Positions 57,905 to 64,000 of a stretch of 64,000 nt of DNA are shown in pieces. Origin of the DNA: a virus (Duplodnaviria; Caudoviricetes); the IMG/VR virus record IMGVR_UViG_3300029288_000079, positions 117,734 through 181,733 of that record; one strand, given 5' to 3'. Below the pieces are notes generated by a model, which saw only the letters and a program-made list of their open reading frames with translations, made no database searches and was not told where the DNA came from. The translations under genes and the position numbers were made by a program. Within the stretch, counting starts at the first letter, position 1, and every line of letters starts with the position of its first letter.

Positions 57905-59713
57905 TTATAAAAATAAAGTTTCTTTATCTGCTGCTATTAAACCTGCCTTAGATTTAATTAGTCGAGCTGTCCTCAAATCCGTCTTATATGAGCTGTAAGT
58001 TCCAGAATTAGCCAATTCTGCCTCCTGTTGAAGCTGCTCATCAGGTATATACTCACCCATATGACTAACAAGACATTCTAGCATACGTCTAGCCCCTAAC
58101 CGTAACTTAGGTAGCCAAATATCCATTACTTCCTGAGTATTTGTGGGTGCCTGAATATCATGGCCTATATAAGTAATACCTGCAGATGTGGCATATATTA
58201 AACCATTCCTCTCTTCAATGAATCCACTATGTCTTAGATCAGTCATATAAGCTGAATATGTCCCAGACTTCTTTAACCCAGCATGAGATCTCATCTGTGA
58301 TTCAGCCATACCTTCTGGAGACCATTGAACCAAAGCCTCAAGCATTCTTCTTACACCTGCTCTAAGCCTTATTTCATCACCATTATTAATTCTATCGTTA
58401 TCTTTTTTAAATCCAGAAATATCGTTATTAATATCCCTACGATAAGACTTAATTACACCAAATCTTCGTTCTGGAATTTCTTTTATAGATATTGGAGTAA
58501 TTGATGGACACTCCTTCATCCTGCTTAATTTAAGATCCTGTATACCACCCCCCAATACTTGAATAGCCCTACTTATCTTATCATTTTGTTGTTCCACAAT
58601 TTTATTATATTGTTTATCTACTACAACAAACTCCTGTAATAGTTTTTGTCTTATCTTTTCTTCTAACTTCAATAGATATTCATTAGAAGGTAATATTGTA
58701 GCTTTTGTATTAACTTTAATCTCCTGTTCAAGCTGTCTGATTCTCTTTTTCAACTCACTTGGATCATTTTGTTTGGACCTCTCAATTGTAGCTTCCATCT
58801 GTCTTCGCAAAGCCTCAAGATCTACCTCAGCAGCTTTCTTAGGCTCTACACGCTTTTCACCCGGTTTCGGTGTAGCCCCTGAATCAAACGTAGTTATGGG
58901 TAATACATGAGAACGCTGAAATATACCCACCTCAGTTGGCCATCCTGGAGACCAAAACCAGGCATCCCCTGTTGGTAATGACGGTAAAGATCCCATCAAT
59001 GTCTTTTGTTGTTCTATAGTACCATGAACCTCTATCCAAGCATTCATTGCAGCAAGATCTTGAGGAGCTATAGTCCTAAGTGTTATCAATATTTGAATTT
59101 GAGTCAACACATTCTTATTTAATACTGCAGATCTCTGAGTAATAAGACAGCATCCAATACCCCGCTGTCCTCCCCGTCTTACAACATCTTCAATTGCTCC
59201 AAGCATACGCTCCTCACCTTTCTGAGGACGCTGCGGAGCTATGGCATCAGCTTCATCTACTACCAGCATCATAGGAGTTCTATATTTCTCCTTAGCCTTC
59301 AATCTATAAAGATTCTCTAAGAAACTAGTCATAAATGTAGATACTTCATGCTTTCTAAATAAAGATAGATCAAGCAATATACTTACATGCTCTTCTACTA
59401 CTAATTTAGCTACAATCTCACCTGAGTTTACTTCTAAGGGTACATCTTGATGCTCTCCCCCAAGTATGATAATACTATACCCTGGATCCTTACCATTTGC
59501 TGCAGATCTAATACCCCACTGGTCCCCTTTAGGATCAACTAGTACTACCTGTTGGTTACATCTTAATAATTCCTCTACAACTTTTCTCATCGTATAAGAT
59601 TTACCCGCCCGTCTCTTAGCTAGTATCCCTATGGATTGAGTAACTGCATCTAAAGGTAATGACAGATCTTTTGCTATTTTAATTACCATTACTTTATTTT
59701 CCTTAATGTTCAA
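57905..59713 (-). CDS. HerA/DUF87-like P-loop ATPase with two C-terminal winged-helix-like repeats
   Basis: Walker A AKRRAGKS, VDPKGD, Walker B VVDEAD, RRGGQRGIG, TQR; duplicated L..G.RRMLE.LV...SGTYS.Y.TDLR. Confidence 0.8.
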   Translation of the reverse strand: MNIKENKVMVIKIAKDLSLPLDAVTQSIGILAKRRAGKSYTMRKVVEELLRCNQQVVLVDPKGDQWGIRSAANGKDPGYSIIILGGEHQDVPLEVNSGEIVAKLVVEEHVSILLDLSLFRKHEVSTFMTSFLENLYRLKAKEKYRTPMMLVVDEADAIAPQRPQKGEERMLGAIEDVVRRGGQRGIGCCLITQRSAVLNKNVLTQIQILITLRTIAPQDLAAMNAWIEVHGTIEQQKTLMGSLPSLPTGDAWFWSPGWPTEVGIFQRSHVLPITTFDSGATPKPGEKRVEPKKAAEVDLEALRRQMEATIERSKQNDPSELKKRIRQLEQEIKVNTKATILPSNEYLLKLEEKIRQKLLQEFVVVDKQYNKIVEQQNDKISRAIQVLGGGIQDLKLSRMKECPSITPISIKEIPERRFGVIKSYRRDINNDISGFKKDNDRINNGDEIRLRAGVRRMLEALVQWSPEGMAESQMRSHAGLKKSGTYSAYMTDLRHSGFIEERNGLIYATSAGITYIGHDIQAPTNTQEVMDIWLPKLRLGARRMLECLVSHMGEYIPDEQLQQEAELANSGTYSSYKTDLRTARLIKSKAGLIAADKETLFL

Positions 59714-59957
59714 TTATGAGCTCTTCTGTTATAGGAGGAGCCTCCGCTGTTAAAATATTATTGCCTAAAGACACAAACCTCTCCTCGACCCAAATAAACC
59801 TGTCAATTTCATCATCTATTTTTGCTAATATCCCATATTTAATACCAGATTCTTTATGAAATTCTACTGATACTATTTTACCTCTATAAGATTGCAATAA
59901 ATTTAATTTAAATAAAACTTCATCATCATAACCAAAATTAGATATAAATTGCGACAT
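59703..59957 (-). CDS. Hypothetical protein
   Basis: AAGGAG SD. Confidence 0.55.
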   Translation of the reverse strand: MSQFISNFGYDDEVLFKLNLLQSYRGKIVSVEFHKESGIKYGILAKIDDEIDRFIWVEERFVSLGNNILTAEAPPITEELIIEH

Positions 59958-59993
59958 AAAATCATCTCCTTTAAAAATTACAATATTATTATA

Positions 59994-60203
59994 CTATATA
60001 AAAGAAGGTCTACATTTTGGACATGGACAACTTATATTGTGAAAACATCTACTACCATCTAACTTTACACCAGTACCATGACACGATTCACAGCCATCAT
60101 GTAAACATGGCTGCCAATTTATATCATTTCTACCACCACGAACATTTTTTAAATGTTCTGCTTGTTTTTGTTTAAGATCTTCTTCATATTTTTTCCTATC
60201 CAT
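59994..60203 (-). CDS. Small Cys-rich protein
   Basis: CLHDGCESCHGTG...C.H.ISCPCPKC. Confidence 0.65.
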   Translation of the reverse strand: MDRKKYEEDLKQKQAEHLKNVRGGRNDINWQPCLHDGCESCHGTGVKLDGSRCFHNISCPCPKCRPSFI

Positions 60204-60394
60204 ATAACTACTCCTATGTTGGATATTGAATATGAAACTTAGTTACATCAATTTTAAATACTTTACAATAAAAATCAATCCATTTGCCCAATCTCTGTGC
60301 ATGCTCATCTCCTAAATACCAAGCTAACAAAGACCCAAATGCTGAATAACTAGTTCCATGAGGGTATCTCATACAGGTATATTTCATAATATTC

Positions 60395-60643
60395 TCAACT
60401 CCCCGTTAGTATATTTGAATTGGGGATGGTAAGGATGTCATCTACTGAGTTTCTTTTAGTCTTATGCTTATTTTTTTCCCACCTACGATATTGTTTCATA
60501 TTCTTAAGACCTAAGTGCTTCATCTTCTTTAATCTATCCTGACGAAGTGGATTAGTATGTATATCAGTATATCCAAATGAAAGACCTGGAGACAATGCAG
60601 TTAAACTATGTGCCATAGCCAATGCTTTACTATGAAAATTCAT
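60395..60643 (-). CDS. Hypothetical basic protein
   Basis: GGAG SD. Confidence 0.5.
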   Translation of the reverse strand: MNFHSKALAMAHSLTALSPGLSFGYTDIHTNPLRQDRLKKMKHLGLKNMKQYRRWEKNKHKTKRNSVDDILTIPNSNILTGS

Positions 60644-60652
60644 AACACTCCC

Positions 60653-60859
60653 TTAATTTAATGTAGTAATTTGTGGATCTTTTTCTACAACATCCATATT
60701 TCCACCAAGAGACATACATCTGACACTACAGAAGAAAGCTAATTGATACTGAAAATCATGTCCTTTAACATGAGGTATAGAATCCCTAGTTGCTACTTCT
60801 GCCCCACATGCATCACAATGAATTGTCGGCATCCAAACTACTGCCTGCGATACTAGCAT
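60653..60859 (-). CDS. Small Zn-finger (TRASH-like) protein
   Basis: CDAC...FFCSVRC. Confidence 0.55.
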   Translation of the reverse strand: MLVSQAVVWMPTIHCDACGAEVATRDSIPHVKGHDFQYQLAFFCSVRCMSLGGNMDVVEKDPQITTLN

Positions 60860-61391
60860 TTTGTTTCTCCTTCTCTTTTACCTGTTTAAAAAATTCATTT
60901 AATTCATTTTCGTCCTTATCTCCAAAAATGTTACTCTTTATTTCCTTTCTTCCAGCTCCATTAACCAATACACCATAAATATGATCGTTCTCGTGTTGAA
61001 TTACTTCAGCTTCCAATCCTGAAAATCTTCTCGTAACCTCTTTACCATTCTTACGCTGATACTTTAAAACTATACCGGGATATCGATCTACCTCATAAAA
61101 TTTGCCTTCCTCTAAAGATAAACATCCTTCCAAAGCTTTATATGATTCTCCTATATATTCCCTTACAACAGGATTACAAAATATTTCAAGATCTTTCTGT
61201 AAAATAAATATTGAAAACCTTATTCCTATCTGAACAGCTGCCAAACCTAATGCTGTTTTCTTCCTCTCCTTCAATACACACTTCATCTCTTTTATACATT
61301 CTTCTAATTCTGCGGATCCAAATAACTCTGCAGTTACAGTTTGAGATGGTATTATAAGATTAGGATTAGGATATTTTAAAATTTTACTCAT
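60813..61391 (-). CDS. def: Peptide deformylase
   Basis: GLAAVQIG, EGCLS, QHENDH. Confidence 0.92.
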   Translation of the reverse strand: MSKILKYPNPNLIIPSQTVTAELFGSAELEECIKEMKCVLKERKKTALGLAAVQIGIRFSIFILQKDLEIFCNPVVREYIGESYKALEGCLSLEEGKFYEVDRYPGIVLKYQRKNGKEVTRRFSGLEAEVIQHENDHIYGVLVNGAGRKEIKSNIFGDKDENELNEFFKQVKEKEKQNASIAGSSLDADNSL

Positions 61392-61603
61392 ATTAATTTC
61401 TCATAAAAATCTTTTACACTAATTATAGTTTTTAAATCATCTCGATCATCCCCACAATCATCTATTATGTAATTTCTAAATGTAGATTCAGGCAATGCTT
61501 GAAGCATTGCCTCTAATTCTGAATCATTAGCTATAATTATAGAGGACATCAAAACTTGCTGAGCTACAGATTTTGTAATATAACATGTGTTTTTACAACC
61601 CAT
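61388..61603 (-). CDS. Hypothetical protein
   Basis: Coupled ORF. Confidence 0.5.
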   Translation of the reverse strand: MGCKNTCYITKSVAQQVLMSSIIIANDSELEAMLQALPESTFRNYIIDDCGDDRDDLKTIISVKDFYEKLI

Positions 61604-61839
61604 TTCAATCCTCTTTCTTTAAACAATCACATAAAGTTTTTATATCTTTTTTAGTAAGTATTTTATTTACATAAGAATTATGAACCCATCTCCCAGGCCT
61701 GAGTCTGTATAGGACATGATAAACGTCTTTTTCATGTATCACTCTCTTACCTATAATTTTCCTTACTCTATTACGTACCTTTTCATAAGCATATATCTCA
61801 CATGTCACTTTTGTTCCAATACGTAATCCTACACACATA

Positions 61840-62349
61840 TCAAACTCTCCAATATATCTCACCCACAACTTGTAATAATGTTTTAGACAGTTTTTTTGAT
61901 ACATATACAGGACAACCCATACAATAACAAATTGCCACGTCATTCAATAGAAAATATTGCTCGAGTTGCTTCATTCTATCTATATCTTCTATAACCGATT
62001 TCAAAGCTTCTTGCAATAGATTCCAAACTATAATCATTGCTATAGGTGATTTTTCCTCTTTTACTAAATATTGAAACTGGGCTAGCATTGCACTAGCCAC
62101 TTTCTTATTCTGTTGAGTAAGATAAATAGCAATAGAATCTTTCTCAGATTGCATAATTTCTTTAATGATAGGTATATCAGTAGGAACAAATTGACATAAC
62201 TTACATATACAACATAACCCTGGACGAACAATTAATCTCTCATTATTTGTTACTTTTGTACCTTCTACCAGTTCTTTCTCTGCATATGGACAAAAAGAAG
62301 GGGCTATAACTTTTCCAGAATTTGTTATCTCTAGTTTTATTTTAGTCAT
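61840..62349 (-). CDS. Hypothetical protein
   Basis: Coupled ORF. Confidence 0.5.
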   Translation of the reverse strand: MTKIKLEITNSGKVIAPSFCPYAEKELVEGTKVTNNERLIVRPGLCCICKLCQFVPTDIPIIKEIMQSEKDSIAIYLTQQNKKVASAMLAQFQYLVKEEKSPIAMIIVWNLLQEALKSVIEDIDRMKQLEQYFLLNDVAICYCMGCPVYVSKKLSKTLLQVVGEIYWRV

Positions 62350-62890
62350 GATAAGTCCAATCCAAATCTCTAGTGTTAGAACGTGGAGTGTTTGGTATAG
62401 TCAAAGGATTACTTCTGAACGTCTCACTAAGATAATCCTGCATAGAATTTAAAAGACCCTCTGATGCATAATAATCAGGTTTAATTCCCTGAGTACAAAT
62501 GTCCACATTTAATTTTTTTAGCTCATCTCTTTTTTGATACAAACGATGTCTTGTTGTCTCCAAGGCAATATCTATAATTTTACTCACTAATTCAGATGGC
62601 TCTGGACCATATAACATTCTAAGCTCATGAAACTCCATAATCAATACTTCTTCAACCTCAACCTCAAATTCTTTTCTGGCTTTATCAGTTGCTAGCTTAT
62701 CCAATTGTGATAATATATTATCAGGTGTTTTAGATGCTTTTACTAGTTCCATGTCAGATGTGACAGCTCTCACTTCCAATTCAATATATCGGCTAACAGG
62801 ATCCCGAGTCAGATTAATAGATTTCACACCTTCTATTACAATTCCATTCGTAGTTAAAACTCTACCTCTATCAACCATTAAGTATGCCAT
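62342..62890 (-). CDS. Hypothetical protein
   Basis: AGGTGA SD; carries a duplicated segment. Confidence 0.6.
   Translation of the reverse strand: MAYLMVDRGRVLTTNGIVIEGVKSINLTRDPVSRYIELEVRAVTSDMELVKASKTPDNILSQLDKLATDKARKEFEVEVEEVLIMEFHELRMLYGPEPSELVSKIIDIALETTRHRLYQKRDELKKLNVDICTQGIKPDYYASEGLLNSMQDYLSETFRSNPLTIPNTPRSNTRDLDWTYHD
62396..62522. repeat. 127-bp exact direct repeat, copy 1
   Basis: Identical to 63874-64000. Confidence 0.9.
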
Positions 62891-62909
62891 GTCTCACCTA
62901 TATTTTGAC

Positions 62910-63644
62910 TTATACAGCAGGAAACATTTTATCTTGAGTTGCAAAGTACTCTCTCAAACAATTTCCACAATATTTACAAGATGTTTTTCCCTTTTCACCT
63001 TCCATCTTACCACAACTATAAACTCGAATTTCATCCTCAAAATTCTGCATTACACTTCTCCAAGCTTCAGTTGTAATCGCATAGTAAGAATTCAACGTTC
63101 TCTTACGATAAATATATTTACTTCTATGTTCTTCAGGTATGGATTCTAAAGAATAATATGCCATAAATGTAAGAACAACAGCTATATCATTTTCTGCATA
63201 GTATTCGATAGCCCTACGTACTAAACCCAAATTCCAAGTGTTTGTTCTTACCCGAACAAACATCAAATTTTTAGGTATGGGGTACAGTATATGAATATCA
63301 CAGTCTGTCATTTTACCTGGATTCAATGTCAATACAACAGGAGCATTAAATCTTTCTATATCTTTTGAAATGGAAGTATTATAAAACTTCATTGGATAAT
63401 GTTTTGTCTCTTCCATTACTAAATCACTCTTGTTATTGCTATCGTTACCATCATTTACACGAACCACATTTCTTGCACAATATCCTGCAGGCATATTGGG
63501 AAGATTATCTGCCAAAGGTTCCAAATAACTACGACCTCCCTGAAAAAAACAATCATCACATTTTATTGGACAAACTCCTGTCTGAGGTATACAACACACT
63601 ATACCTGAACCTGCAGTCTTTGGATTTTCTTTATACATTCTCAA
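62910..63644 (-). CDS. Radical-SAM-like Fe-S protein
   Basis: CPIKCDDCFF (CxxxCxxC), VRVNDGND, C-terminal C..C..C. Confidence 0.65.
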   Translation of the reverse strand: MRMYKENPKTAGSGIVCCIPQTGVCPIKCDDCFFQGGRSYLEPLADNLPNMPAGYCARNVVRVNDGNDSNNKSDLVMEETKHYPMKFYNTSISKDIERFNAPVVLTLNPGKMTDCDIHILYPIPKNLMFVRVRTNTWNLGLVRRAIEYYAENDIAVVLTFMAYYSLESIPEEHRSKYIYRKRTLNSYYAITTEAWRSVMQNFEDEIRVYSCGKMEGEKGKTSCKYCGNCLREYFATQDKMFPAV

Positions 63645-64000
63645 CTCCTTTTATATTAAAATCTATTAGATACTTACTAACTGTAGATAATTCATCCTTT
63701 CTAAATACTTGCTTACCCAATAAGTACTTAAAAATCCTTCTTCTAAGACCATACACACCATCTTTCTGCAATCTTATTCCACTAGGTAATCTTTTGTTTT
63801 CTGCAATAACGTCTTTCCATATGTTGCTAGCTACTTTTTCTGCTAAGTCCATTTTATCAATACATCCATCACATATAGTCAAAGGATTACTTCTGAACGT
63901 CTCACTAAGATAATCCTGCATAGAATTTAAAAGACCCTCTGATGCATAATAATCAGGTTTAATTCCCTGAGTACAAATGTCCACATTTAATTTTTTTAGC
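63631..64000 (-). CDS. Hypothetical protein, 5' end beyond the window
   Basis: Frame is open to the window edge; shares a segment with 62342-62890. Confidence 0.5.
   Translation of the reverse strand, partial: LKKLNVDICTQGIKPDYYASEGLLNSMQDYLSETFRSNPLTICDGCIDKMDLAEKVASNIWKDVIAENKRLPSGIRLQKDGVYGLRRRIFKYLLGKQVFRKDELSTVSKYLIDFNIKGVENV
63874..64000. repeat. 127-bp exact direct repeat, copy 2 (truncated by window)
   Basis: Identical to 62396-62522. Confidence 0.9.

Noticed and set aside
2897-63913. Numerous plus-strand ORFs in the track
   Set aside because: They lie antisense to longer, motif-bearing, coupled minus-strand genes and show no recognisable domains
1-64000. Stop-codon reassignment
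   Set aside because: The standard code gives long, tightly abutting ORFs, with TAA, TAG and TGA all used as stops

Overview
An AT-rich, densely packed 64-kb segment of a large (probably jumbo) dsDNA phage genome. Essentially all real genes are on the minus strand and read in the standard code. It holds the head-assembly region (portal, large terminase with a LAGLIDADG intein, candidate small terminase, GroES), many small accessory genes, and host-like envelope genes (T9SS-sorted protein, FGE/C-lectin lipoprotein) that suggest an Ignavibacteria/Bacteroidota-type host. Three things stand out. (1) A solo Cas7/RAMP-fold gene (50196-50774) is followed by four non-coding arrays of phased pentamers GGT-NN (constant triplet plus variable dinucleotide), with shared leader/tail sequences and a closing terminator. 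This is a candidate RNA-guided system with a non-contiguous guide code (VIPR-like) and has no CRISPR array, cas1/2 or nuclease. (2) About 25 kb of giant acidic ORFs are built from 60-160 aa modules, each opened by the motif [SAG]W[DN][IL] (about 35 copies). They include a ~470-bp cassette present four times as recombinant mosaics, plus 2H-phosphoesterase and methyltransferase cargo, and form a candidate protease-processed or capsid-targeted polyprotein system. (3) A tRNA-shaped element has a 92-nt insert in place of its anticodon loop. All calls come from reading motifs by eye; no searches were run.
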